Shown here piece after piece: positions 17,777 through 25,575 of a stretch of DNA of 43,462 bases. The stretch is from a virus (lineage: Duplodnaviria > Caudoviricetes): the IMG/VR virus record IMGVR_UViG_3300037313_000819, positions 1 through 43,462 of that record; one strand, given 5' to 3'. Under the pieces are notes generated by a model. It saw only the letters and a list, made by a program, of their open reading frames with translations, searched no databases and was not told the origin of the DNA. The position numbers and the translations under genes were made by a program. The stretch's first letter is position 1. Every line of letters starts with the position of its first letter.

Positions 17777-18176
17777 CGCCGGCACCTTCGCCAAAGAAGG
17801 CTTTTCGCTGATCCCCAAGGACTTCGACGCGCGATCGATCATCGGGCGCCTGAAGGAAGGGGATCGCCTGTTCGTGGAAGTCTGGAAGCCGCGCAACATG
17901 GCGCAGCATCGGGCCTATTTCGCGATGCTCAACAATGTTGTCCAGGCGTCAGGGCAATGGCCTTCGAGGGAAGCGCTCGAGTTCGATATCGCGCTCGCCC
18001 TTCGCCGCGGGACCTTCGTCAAGGCGATGAACGGCAGCACCCATTTTCGGCCCGACAGTCGCGCCGTGGCGTCGATGCCCAAGGAGGACTTCGAGCGCCT
18101 CCACAACGACACCGTGGCGCTCCTGACCGATTGGCTGGGCTGCGATCCCGAGATGCTTCGCGAGGAAGCAGCGTGA
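17769..18176 (+). CDS. DUF1367/NinB-like protein
   Basis: KPRN...HR.YFAML, P.S....SM...DF..L. Confidence 0.7.
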   Translation: MRDAGTFAKEGFSLIPKDFDARSIIGRLKEGDRLFVEVWKPRNMAQHRAYFAMLNNVVQASGQWPSREALEFDIALALRRGTFVKAMNGSTHFRPDSRAVASMPKEDFERLHNDTVALLTDWLGCDPEMLREEAA

Positions 18177-18204
18177 CCCCTTCAAATCATTCAGGACCAT
18201 CCTC

Positions 18205-18600
18205 ATGACAAACGATATAGCCGAGACAGCGGCTGAACTTGAAGGCTACATCGCCCGTCGCCGCGATTGGTCGAGCAAAACATCTATGATGTCGATCCCT
18301 CAGCCAGTGATCGAGCGGACGATCGTCGTATTGAGAGGCCTCGCCACACAATCACCAGCATCGCTGGAGCGGGAGGCGCTGAAGCACCCCGGCACCGCTC
18401 GCTGCACTGATCCGCGCGGCCACGAGTTTATGACTTGGGACCTTCCTGCCGATGTCGGCGACGGTGCGACAGTAGCCATCGAGGTCGAGCGCATGCTGCT
18501 CAAATGCTTCGAGCACGGGCGGGCATACCAGATGGAAATCGTCAGCAATGCGATGGTCGACATCAGCAAGCAGCGCGATAGGGACAACGACCATGTCTGA
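18205..18600 (+). CDS. Hypothetical protein
   Basis: 131 aa ORF in operon orientation. Confidence 0.6.
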   Translation: MTNDIAETAAELEGYIARRRDWSSKTSMMSIPQPVIERTIVVLRGLATQSPASLEREALKHPGTARCTDPRGHEFMTWDLPADVGDGATVAIEVERMLLKCFEHGRAYQMEIVSNAMVDISKQRDRDNDHV

Positions 18601-19396
18601 CGCAGACACCACCCCGCCATCGGATCGCGCGGGGGAGGAGCTACCCGAGCCGTCCCAGTCGTGGGCGAGTGTCATGGCGAATATCCGCCAAGGGCGAAGC
18701 TCAACGCCGCGCTGCGAACCGCTGAGCGAACGCGATATCCAGTGGGCATATGACCGCATCTGCGAAGTGGTCGAGGCGTACCGGACGCTGGTCGCCTATT
18801 CACCGCGCACCGCCTCCCCGCCATCGGATCACATTGCCAGCCCCTCGGGGGAGGAAGTGCATCGGTTGCTTGAGCAAGTTCAGCGGCGAGGCACGTGGAT
18901 GCGGGAGGTTCACAAGCTCGATATTCGCCAGTTCGTGGACAGAGCTGGGCAGTGGGGCACATTCGATTTCGTAAACGATGCGCTGCACTTGATATCGCAT
19001 CTAACCGCCGCCCCCTCTCCAGCCCAGCAAAGCGGGGAACTGCGGGAGGCGTTCCTTCAGACGCAAATGATGCTTGAACAGATTGTGCATCTGAAATCGA
19101 CCGATTTTGCCGAAGTCCGTGCCCGCATCATGGCGAACCGCCAAGCCCTCGCATCCACCCCATCGTCTTCTCCATCAGAGATGGGACGGGAAGACATTGC
19201 GCGGATCATCGACCCCGGCCTTTGGGCGCAGCACGATGCGAAGCTCGCCGAACTGATCGATCTGGACGGCGATCCGCTGGGCGGGGTGATCGCGCACGAC
19301 AAGCGCGATGAAGCACGCCGACTTGTAGCCGGCACTCTGCGCAAGGCCGACGCCATCCTCGCCCTATCTCAACCCACAGAACTGGGAGAACGGTAA
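18593..19396 (+). CDS. Mosaic hypothetical protein
   Basis: Modules separated by P/S-rich linkers; RE.IARIIDP...KADAILAL module. Confidence 0.65.
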   Translation: MSDADTTPPSDRAGEELPEPSQSWASVMANIRQGRSSTPRCEPLSERDIQWAYDRICEVVEAYRTLVAYSPRTASPPSDHIASPSGEEVHRLLEQVQRRGTWMREVHKLDIRQFVDRAGQWGTFDFVNDALHLISHLTAAPSPAQQSGELREAFLQTQMMLEQIVHLKSTDFAEVRARIMANRQALASTPSSSPSEMGREDIARIIDPGLWAQHDAKLAELIDLDGDPLGGVIAHDKRDEARRLVAGTLRKADAILALSQPTELGER

Positions 19397-19638
19397 TGGG
19401 CGAGTATGCCGAATACGCGCTCGCTGCGGCGATGCGTCGAGGTTTCCCGGCAACTTGCGGCGGGGCTCCGCGAGCGCGGTCCAAAGCCCATCCATGCCGC
19501 CTGTGCAACCGGGGCATTCGCGGCGGCCACATGGGCATGGTCAGCCATCTCAAATCCAAGCACGGCATGAAAGATCGCGAGGCCCGCACATTCGTTTGCA
19601 CACCCCTCGCCCAAGCGCAGGGAGGATCGGCAGTATGA
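19396..19638 (+). CDS. C2H2 zinc-finger protein
   Basis: MGEYAE...CRLC...HLKSKH. Confidence 0.7.
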   Translation: MGEYAEYALAAAMRRGFPATCGGAPRARSKAHPCRLCNRGIRGGHMGMVSHLKSKHGMKDREARTFVCTPLAQAQGGSAV

Positions 19639-19645
19639 GCGAGGG

Positions 19646-19840
19646 CTACGGCTTTTCGCGACGTGCCAGCTCGCGCTCGACGGCTTGCCGGATGAACTCC
19701 GCCCGCTTGCCAGGTCCTGCGAACGCATCGATCCGCGCCAGCGTCTCCGCTGACAGCCGCACCGCTGTGAACTTTCCGATTGCTGGTCGCCCCATGCGCG
19801 GCGGACTAGCCGTTATCTCTTTCTGTGCCAAGTCGCTCAT
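19646..19840 (-). CDS. Ribbon-helix-helix DNA-binding protein
   Basis: MGRP....T.VRL....LARID......RAEFIRQAVE.EL; opposite to operon. Confidence 0.85.
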   Translation of the reverse strand: MSDLAQKEITASPPRMGRPAIGKFTAVRLSAETLARIDAFAGPGKRAEFIRQAVERELARREKP

Positions 19841-19896
19841 GTTTCCGTTATCGCCTATTGACAGTAACCGTTATCTTCTATTAGATAGCCGTTATC
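19810..19896. promoter_or_regulatory. Divergent promoter with four CCGTTATC operator repeats
   Basis: CCGTTATC at 19810, 19845, 19868, 19889; TTGACA at 19858; AT-rich. Confidence 0.75.
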
Positions 19897-19914
19897 GTTT
19901 ACGGAGGCAAGCAA

Positions 19915-20202
19915 ATGTATAAGCCCTACACCCCGAACCAGTTTCGTGTCCTAGCCGCTGCGTTCCGCGGTGACGCCAACGCGGCCAGCTTCGATAGCCG
20001 CCGAGCGAAGACGCGCGCGCTCAACGATATGGTTTCGGCCAAGCTCGTCTATGGCGGGCTTGAAGGCGGGGCGCTGACCCCGGATGGTCTCCGCGCCTAT
20101 ACCGACATGTGCATGCGCTATGATGCCGACAGCGGTTGCTTGGCGTATGCCGAACGGGCTCAAGAGGCGCGCGCTGCCCTCCGTGCGATGGAGGCGCAGT
20201 GA
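19915..20202 (+). CDS. Hypothetical protein (possible winged helix)
   Basis: SD GGAGG; L...GL......LT..G pattern. Confidence 0.7.
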   Translation: MYKPYTPNQFRVLAAAFRGDANAASFDSRRAKTRALNDMVSAKLVYGGLEGGALTPDGLRAYTDMCMRYDADSGCLAYAERAQEARAALRAMEAQ

Positions 20203-20411
20203 TGGACGCCGAAGCAATCGCGGACATCGTAGAGCAGTGCCTGAACGGCGATAGCGGGTACGTCATGAAGTCGGTCGGCTTCGCGATCACTTCGCTGAGC
20301 GATCTCGGCGAGGTCTACGTTCGCACTCCCAGTGGCGACCATTTCAGGCTGACCGTCGAGCCCGTCGCGGCAGACGATATCGAAGGATGGGGGATCGAGT
20401 TCGATGACTGA
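20202..20411 (+). CDS. Hypothetical protein
   Basis: MDAEAIADIV...; coupled. Confidence 0.6.
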   Translation: MDAEAIADIVEQCLNGDSGYVMKSVGFAITSLSDLGEVYVRTPSGDHFRLTVEPVAADDIEGWGIEFDD

Positions 20412-20838
20412 TCCCGCGACGCCGAACACCCCTCCCAAAGACGCAGCTTCACCCGTAGAAGCGGAGATCGACTACGAGGTCTGGCAATCCGATGCGTTCG
20501 GCGATGGCGTCGCGATGGTTGCGGGATCGACGAGCCTCGAGGAGGCCCAGCACTATTGCGCGGTCTATGGGCAGGACTGGCCGGTGTGGATTGTCGAGGT
20601 CACTCGGCGCCGCATCAGCGATCCGAACAGACCGGACATTGCTCCCGCCCCTACCGTTACGGTATCTGCGGAGGACTTCGTACTGGTGCCGCGCGCCGAG
20701 CTTGAGGATTTCTCGTATGTGATCAGCAATCTGATCGGCGAGCTTTCCGACCCAGGCAGCGGCGCGATGGCCGCGCAGTATCGCATCCGAGCCATGCTCT
20801 CCGCCACTCCCGCCGCTGTTAAGGGGGGTGAAGGATGA
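20404..20838 (+). CDS. Mosaic hypothetical protein
   Basis: FVLVPR...YRAMLSA.P-type module. Confidence 0.65.
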   Translation: MTDPATPNTPPKDAASPVEAEIDYEVWQSDAFGDGVAMVAGSTSLEEAQHYCAVYGQDWPVWIVEVTRRRISDPNRPDIAPAPTVTVSAEDFVLVPRAELEDFSYVISNLIGELSDPGSGAMAAQYRIRAMLSATPAAVKGGEG

Positions 20839-21344
20839 GTGATAACAACGAGTTAGAGCGCGTGCCGTTGGCACCGGGCTCTCATGAACCGAGCCCTGAC
20901 GGTCTCGGCCCTTCGGGTTTCGATCCCTCGCGCAGCCACTACCGGTCGCAGGCATACGCCATGTGCACAATCGAAACGGGTCGGGACAGCGACGGCGCTC
21001 CAACCAGCGACATGTGGACGTTCGCAAACGAGGATGACTGTGTCGAGGGCTATGGATGGCTGGAAGTTCACGTCCATGAAATCGTACAGACCGAGCGCTC
21101 GGGCGCGTTGGCCGTCTATTACCGGCAGTGGTTTGCACCTGATGGTGAGCCAGCTTGGGGCAAGAGGCCGCAACGTAAGGTCGGCGCGCTCGGTAGTCTG
21201 AAATCATTGATCCGTCGCCGCAAGATGACGCCATGCGATAGCGATGGAAGCCCGGAGGGCGAAAAGCCGCAGGCTTTGAGTGCGCAGCACGACAGCGCGG
21301 GCCCAACGGGCATCGCCCAACCCCCATCGGAGGAAGTCCAATGA
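20835..21344 (+). CDS. Hypothetical protein; both ends encoded by hairpin elements
   Basis: ATGA overlaps; bracketed by elements C-L and C-R. Confidence 0.7.
   Translation: MSDNNELERVPLAPGSHEPSPDGLGPSGFDPSRSHYRSQAYAMCTIETGRDSDGAPTSDMWTFANEDDCVEGYGWLEVHVHEIVQTERSGALAVYYRQWFAPDGEPAWGKRPQRKVGALGSLKSLIRRRKMTPCDSDGSPEGEKPQALSAQHDSAGPTGIAQPPSEEVQ
20856..20933 (-). repeat. Multi-hairpin element copy C-L
   Basis: Minus strand GCGCG-A-GGGATC..CCC(GAA)GGG-CCGAG-A-CC(GTCA)GG-G-CTCGG..GAGCCC-GG-TGCC(AAC)GGCA-CGCGCTC. Confidence 0.85.
21235..21318 (+). repeat. Multi-hairpin element copy C-R (inverted relative to C-L)
   Basis: GCGAT-A-GCGATG..GCCC(GGA)GGGC..AGCC(GCA)GGCT..GTGC(GCA)GCAC..CAGCGC-GG-GCCC(AAC)GGGC-ATCGCCC. 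Confidence 0.85.
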
Positions 21345-21532
21345 CCAAGTATTTCGCAGATATCAACGTGCAGCTTCGTGTCTATTTTGAAGATGATGGC
21401 GAGAACGACATCACCGACCAAGCGATGGAATTGGCCGAGCATTCATTCACTCTGAATGGCGATGACACCGATTATCTCGGCTTGGAGATGGTTGGCAAGC
21501 CTGAGCAAAGAAAGACAGAGGCACCCCGATGA
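21341..21532 (+). CDS. Hypothetical acidic protein
   Basis: 63 aa, SD GGAGG. Confidence 0.65.
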   Translation: MTKYFADINVQLRVYFEDDGENDITDQAMELAEHSFTLNGDDTDYLGLEMVGKPEQRKTEAPR

Positions 21533-21744
21533 CCTCTATCCAAAGAGCCCGTCGCATCCGCGCCATGAACGCAAGACTTGCGAGCATCGAAGCCGAACGC
21601 CGCCAGATCCTCGCCGACCTTCTCCCCCTGGAAACAGAGGAAAGCTGGTCCCTTGGATACCGCTGCGTAGTCCGTGGAGACAAGCTCATTGCTTCCATGG
21701 ATCACCGCGACGAAGCCGAACGTCGTGCGAGGGAAGCGGCATAA
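21529..21744 (+). CDS. Hypothetical protein
   Basis: 71 aa, coupled. Confidence 0.6.
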   Translation: MTSIQRARRIRAMNARLASIEAERRQILADLLPLETEESWSLGYRCVVRGDKLIASMDHRDEAERRAREAA

Positions 21745-21935
21745 TGGAGAATGCTCGCTTCTGGACATCTTTCGGTTTCGCGCTGCTAGCATATGCTATC
21801 GCACGCGCTGCTGACGTACCTATCTGGTATTGGGAACGAGGTGGTGACGCGATCGGTATCGCAGCTGCCGCCGCCTTTGCAACCTATGCGTTTCTCGGGT
21901 TCGTCGCCAAAATCCTTTCGAGGGAAGCGGCCTGA
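21744..21935 (+). CDS. Small two-TM membrane protein
   Basis: MENARFWTSFGFALLAY...; two hydrophobic segments. Confidence 0.6.
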   Translation: MENARFWTSFGFALLAYAIARAADVPIWYWERGGDAIGIAAAAAFATYAFLGFVAKILSREAA

Positions 21936-21936
21936 C

Positions 21937-22260
21937 ATGATTGCGCCCCGCCCCTTCAGTCCGGAGACGCTTTCTGAGCGCTGGGGTTGCAGCGCGGAGA
22001 AAGTCCGGCGCATGTACCACGATGGCGAGCTTTCCGGGTTCCGGCTCGGCAAGCTGATTCGCATCACCGCCAACGAGGTAGAGCGCTACGAGTGTCAGAA
22101 TACCGAATTGTCGAACACCGCGGAAGATTCTCCCTCGCCTATAACGATGACGAGCGAGGACGCGTTCGAATTGCGCTTGGCACGGATGACCGCGGGATCG
22201 CGGAGGCTCGCGCTCGCGACATCTGGCGCGCCCGCACTACGCCCCAAAGCGAGCGGGTAG
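21937..22260 (+). CDS. xis: Excisionase (HTH_17/MerR-like)
   Basis: FSPETLSERWGCS...VRRM...GEL..FRLGKLIRI; overlaps integrase start. Confidence 0.8.
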   Translation: MIAPRPFSPETLSERWGCSAEKVRRMYHDGELSGFRLGKLIRITANEVERYECQNTELSNTAEDSPSPITMTSEDAFELRLARMTAGSRRLALATSGAPALRPKASG

Positions 22261-23060
22261 CGGATCTATGGCCCGTCTATGTCGCCGATCGCCAACGGGA
22301 GGTCTCGCGCAAGGACAGGTTCGACAGCCTGTGGAAGGCCCTCGCCCCGCATTTCGGGCACCGCTTGGGCACCGCCATATCCCGAGACGATTGCCGGGAA
22401 TACCACAAGGCGCGCAAGCGGGCGGGCAAGAGCAACAGCACCGTCAAGACCGAGCTGGAGTTTCTCCGCGCGTGCCTGCGCTTCCACTACAAGGCCAACG
22501 CCCCGAGCATTTGGATGCCGCCGGACAGCAAGCCTCGAGAGCGCTATCTGAACGAAGCCGAGCGCGACAAGCTGCTGGCGTCGATCGACGCACCGCACGT
22601 CAAGCTGTTCGTCATCCTGGCACTGACCACCGGAGCGCGGATGAGCGCGTTGCTGGACCTGACATGGGATCGCGTCGACCTGAACGTTGGTACTGTGGAT
22701 CTGAACCCCGCCGGCCGGGAGATCACCAACAAGCGCCGCACCATCGTCAAGCTGAACGAAAGGGCGATCAACGCGCTGCGCGAGGCGCAGGAAGCGCGCC
22801 AGACAGATCATGTGATCGAATATGGCCGGGAGCCGGTCAAGAGCATCCGCAAGGCCATACGGGCAGCGGCGGCGCGCTCTGGGGTCCCATGTTCCCCGCA
22901 CGTCTTCCGGCATACGGCTGGCGTATGGATGGCGAATGCCAATGTCTCGATGGATCGGATCGCGCAGCGGCTAGGAACGACCGTCCGGATAGCCGAGAAG
23001 CACTATGCTAGGTTTAGCCCATCGTACCAGCAAGAGGCCGCCGACGCGCTCAACTGGTAG
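22092..23060 (+). CDS. int: Tyrosine integrase
   Basis: TGARMS..L.L.W (R), K, PHVFRHT (HxxR), C-terminal HYA (Y); likely GTG start at 22092. Confidence 0.93.
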   Translation: MSEYRIVEHRGRFSLAYNDDERGRVRIALGTDDRGIAEARARDIWRARTTPQSERVADLWPVYVADRQREVSRKDRFDSLWKALAPHFGHRLGTAISRDDCREYHKARKRAGKSNSTVKTELEFLRACLRFHYKANAPSIWMPPDSKPRERYLNEAERDKLLASIDAPHVKLFVILALTTGARMSALLDLTWDRVDLNVGTVDLNPAGREITNKRRTIVKLNERAINALREAQEARQTDHVIEYGREPVKSIRKAIRAAAARSGVPCSPHVFRHTAGVWMANANVSMDRIAQRLGTTVRIAEKHYARFSPSYQQEAADALNW

Positions 23061-23075
23061 CTCGGCCGGTTCCGC

Positions 23076-23296
23076 GGTACCACCCGAACCTCTCGGGCGG
23101 GCTAGGGAAACCCGCAGAAATGCGTGGTGGGCGCTGAGAGACTTGAACTCCCGACCCTCTCGGTGTAAACGGTGGGGACGCCAGCCAATCTGGGATTTTC
23201 TCGCCAACGAACGACGGGATTTAGCCACTTTAGGCCGGTTTCGTTCCGATTGCGTTCGCGTCAGTGGTACATCTGGTACCAGCCGAACCTCTCGGG
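23076..23296. repeat. 22-bp direct repeats flanking the attP core (putative arm sites)
   Basis: GGTACCACCCGAACCTCTCGGG (23076) vs GGTACCAGCCGAACCTCTCGGG (23275). Confidence 0.7.
23125..23171 (-). other. attP: attP core: 3' half of tRNA-Val(TAC)
   Basis: Minus strand CGTTTACACCGAGAGGGTCGGGAGTTCAAGTCTCTCAGCGCCCACCA: anticodon loop, T-arm, CCA; 5' half absent; next to integrase. Confidence 0.9.
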
Positions 23297-23353
23297 TTTT
23301 GCGCCCCGCCTCCTTGCAGGGAAACGGGGCGCACCAGAGGCATGGAGGTGCCA

Positions 23354-23743
23354 GTGGCTGACCGCTATCTAACCCAACGGGTCTATTTTATCCAAGCCGG
23401 ATCGCGAGGCCTGATTAAGATCGGGATCGCCGAAGATCCCGCGCGCCGGCTGCGCCAGATGCAGACTGGCAGCAGCGAGCCCCTTATTCTTCTGGGCCAT
23501 ATGCCCGGCGGTGCTGATCGGGAAGCAGAGCTCCAGCGCTTGCTGGCCGCACATCGCGCCCGTGGCGAATGGTTCCGGCCTGTCCCTGAGGTCTTAGCAT
23601 GGGCTCCAGGCATCGAGACCGAGCAGCTTTGCGAAGCCCTAGGCGGTGTCAGCCGCGATGAGGCTATGCGATATATGCTTCATACGATGATGGGGCTCAA
23701 TCCGTTCCCGAGGAACATACCGGCACATAGGTCGGCACAGTGA
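23354..23743 (+). CDS. GIY-YIG (T5orf172/MUG113-like) protein
   Basis: VYFIQ....IKIG...P..RL..MQTG...E..L......R.RGEWF. Confidence 0.85.
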   Translation: MADRYLTQRVYFIQAGSRGLIKIGIAEDPARRLRQMQTGSSEPLILLGHMPGGADREAELQRLLAAHRARGEWFRPVPEVLAWAPGIETEQLCEALGGVSRDEAMRYMLHTMMGLNPFPRNIPAHRSAQ

Positions 23744-24246
23744 GCGGAGCTTATGAACTCCGCCCGATAACGGTGAAATCCGGTATCGCATGGATAAGCG
23801 ACGTGCACCGTCACCTTCCTATCGTGCAAGGTGGGCTCTTCGCCGTGGCGGTCTATCAGGGCCCGCAGCTCGTTGGCGTCGGGCTGACCGGCAATCCTGC
23901 CCGCGTGTGGCAAGGGACTGGCCGTGTCATTATCTCCCGCGTCGCCGTGCTGGCAGGCCTCGATCACGTTGGCAGCCACGCCGCACCTGTCTGCTCGATG
24001 ATTTATGGCGCCCTCACCCGCGCTTCTCGAGCACTCGGCTACCGAGAGGTTTGGACTTATACGCTGCCAGAGGAATCGGGCGCCTCTCTGCGAGCCGCTG
24101 GCTTTATCGACATGGGGCTTACGCGGGCTGAGGAATGGGATCGCCCCTCGCGCCGTCGCAATGCCGCGGTACGGCCAGATGCAAAACGCCGCTGGGTGCG
24201 TCACTTTGGCGACCCGGTAACCGAGAAACTGAGGATCGCAGCATGA
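23740..24246 (+). CDS. XF1762/Mom-like GNAT-fold protein
   Basis: PI......I...HRH, LVGV...G.P, CS..YGA..RA..ALGY....TYTL..E.GASLRAAGF. Confidence 0.8.
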   Translation: MSGAYELRPITVKSGIAWISDVHRHLPIVQGGLFAVAVYQGPQLVGVGLTGNPARVWQGTGRVIISRVAVLAGLDHVGSHAAPVCSMIYGALTRASRALGYREVWTYTLPEESGASLRAAGFIDMGLTRAEEWDRPSRRRNAAVRPDAKRRWVRHFGDPVTEKLRIAA

Positions 24247-24458
24247 CCGAACCACTCGACATCTCCAGCGAGGCAAACCGCACCTATCATTATGCGGACG
24301 GCGTCACCTTCACGATCGATGCGCCGTACAAGCTCCATGTGACCGACACCGGTTCGCATCGGGTCGTTGCGCAGGACGGGCGGACCTATCGGCCAGAGCG
24401 CGGATGGCTGGCGATATCCTGGCAACCTCGCGAAGGTGCGCCGGAGTTTGTCGCATGA
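24243..24458 (+). CDS. Hypothetical protein
   Basis: DISSE..RTY.Y......I..P..L.V...GSHRV recurrent phage motif. Confidence 0.7.
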   Translation: MTEPLDISSEANRTYHYADGVTFTIDAPYKLHVTDTGSHRVVAQDGRTYRPERGWLAISWQPREGAPEFVA

Positions 24459-24488
24459 TATCCCGCCTCAACGAGCATGGAGGGTTTG

Positions 24489-24827
24489 ATGGATAACAAT
24501 GGCTTAGGACCCGAAGTTGGGCGACGGCTAGCGCCGCAACCTGCTCTCGCCGTTCCGGCCGAGCCCGCAAGCGGGCTCGTCGCTTCGCGCTTCGATCAGG
24601 CGCAGGCCAGTTCGTTTAGGCCGTTGAGCGGGTTCATTGCCGAGGTAGAAGATAAACTCGGCCGGCGTCCATGGCCAATAAGGGCTTGGAGCTTCTTCAG
24701 CCGCCGTATTTTGCGCTTCCGATTGCGGAGGTATGCTGCCCGCAATCCTAAGGCGAAAGTTAGCCAGGAAGCGTTCGATATTGTCTCGCGGGAATATGGC
24801 TTGGGCCCTGATATAAAGGAATCTTGA
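24489..24827 (+). CDS. Hypothetical protein with N-terminal hairpin element
   Basis: SD GGAGGG; contains element D-L in frame. Confidence 0.6.
   Translation: MDNNGLGPEVGRRLAPQPALAVPAEPASGLVASRFDQAQASSFRPLSGFIAEVEDKLGRRPWPIRAWSFFSRRILRFRLRRYAARNPKAKVSQEAFDIVSREYGLGPDIKES
24519..24603 (-). repeat. Multi-hairpin element copy D-L (no partner seen)
   Basis: Minus strand GCG-CCTGATC..GC(GAA)GC..CGAGCCCGC/GCGGGCTCG-GCCG(GAA)CGGC-GAGAGCAGG-TTG-CGGC(GCTA)GCCG-TCGCCC. Confidence 0.85.
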
Positions 24828-24941
24828 TGTGGCTATGGAAGCTGCGCGCATGGTGGATCTATATGACTTGGCATCCGGTGCGAGACCGCTCTCCCGAGTA
24901 TGCCGATTTGATCCGCTTGTCGGTCGAAAAGGCTAGAGCCA

Positions 24942-25175
24942 ATGTCGCCCGTTCACAGGATGCTGGTCGACGCGATCCGAGCCATCGCAGAGCCCCTAGG
25001 CGCGTCTGTGGAGTATAAGACTGGCGCTAAGCATGCGTTCGCGATCATCCGGCACAATGGCAGCTTTCGTAAGGTCGCGATGTCGAATGGCACAAAATGT
25101 ATCAAGCATCAGATCGATTGGGCGGAACAGGGTGCCAGGAAGGCGCTCAAAAGCATGGACCAACCCCCTGCTTGA
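24942..25175 (+). CDS. Small protein, possibly HicA-like fold
   Basis: G..V....G.KH......G pattern. Confidence 0.5.
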   Translation: MSPVHRMLVDAIRAIAEPLGASVEYKTGAKHAFAIIRHNGSFRKVAMSNGTKCIKHQIDWAEQGARKALKSMDQPPA

Positions 25176-25323
25176 CCACCATTTGGGATAGCATCGGATG
25201 GCCACCGATGAGCCGGATAGCCTTTGTCGGGCGAGGAGGTCCGCGACGCCTGCGTTAGCCACGCAGCCGCCTCGCGTTCAAGGGTAAGGCCGGCACTTGA
25301 CCACCCTCTATAGCATGGAAGGA

Positions 25324-25575
25324 ATGTCAATGAGCGAAGACATTATCGACTTGGCGGCCGAGCGTAACCGCCGGATCGCGCCTGATGCCGAGCACGTGAT
25401 GCATGACGACTTCGGGCGCGAGATGTACAGATTCCTGCTGACCTACGATTTTTCTGGTGGCCAGTGGGGAACCGAGATGTGGGCATATTCCGCAGAGGAT
25501 GCCGAAGCGAAGGTCGCGGCCATGCGGGAATCGCTGCGCGTGGACGGGCAAGTATTTACTCAAATTCTTGCGTAG
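25324..25575 (+). CDS. Hypothetical protein
   Basis: IIDLAAER...FLLTY...G..W...WA.S.EDAE. Confidence 0.7.
   Translation: MSMSEDIIDLAAERNRRIAPDAEHVMHDDFGREMYRFLLTYDFSGGQWGTEMWAYSAEDAEAKVAAMRESLRVDGQVFTQILA

Noticed and set aside
20856-21318. Elements as intrinsic terminators or CRISPR repeats
   Set aside because: No U-tracts, located within ORFs, dispersed and divergent, no regular spacers
23125-23200. Complete tRNA-Val gene
   Set aside because: Similarity stops at the anticodon stem; no D-arm or 5' acceptor strand, so it is an attP core
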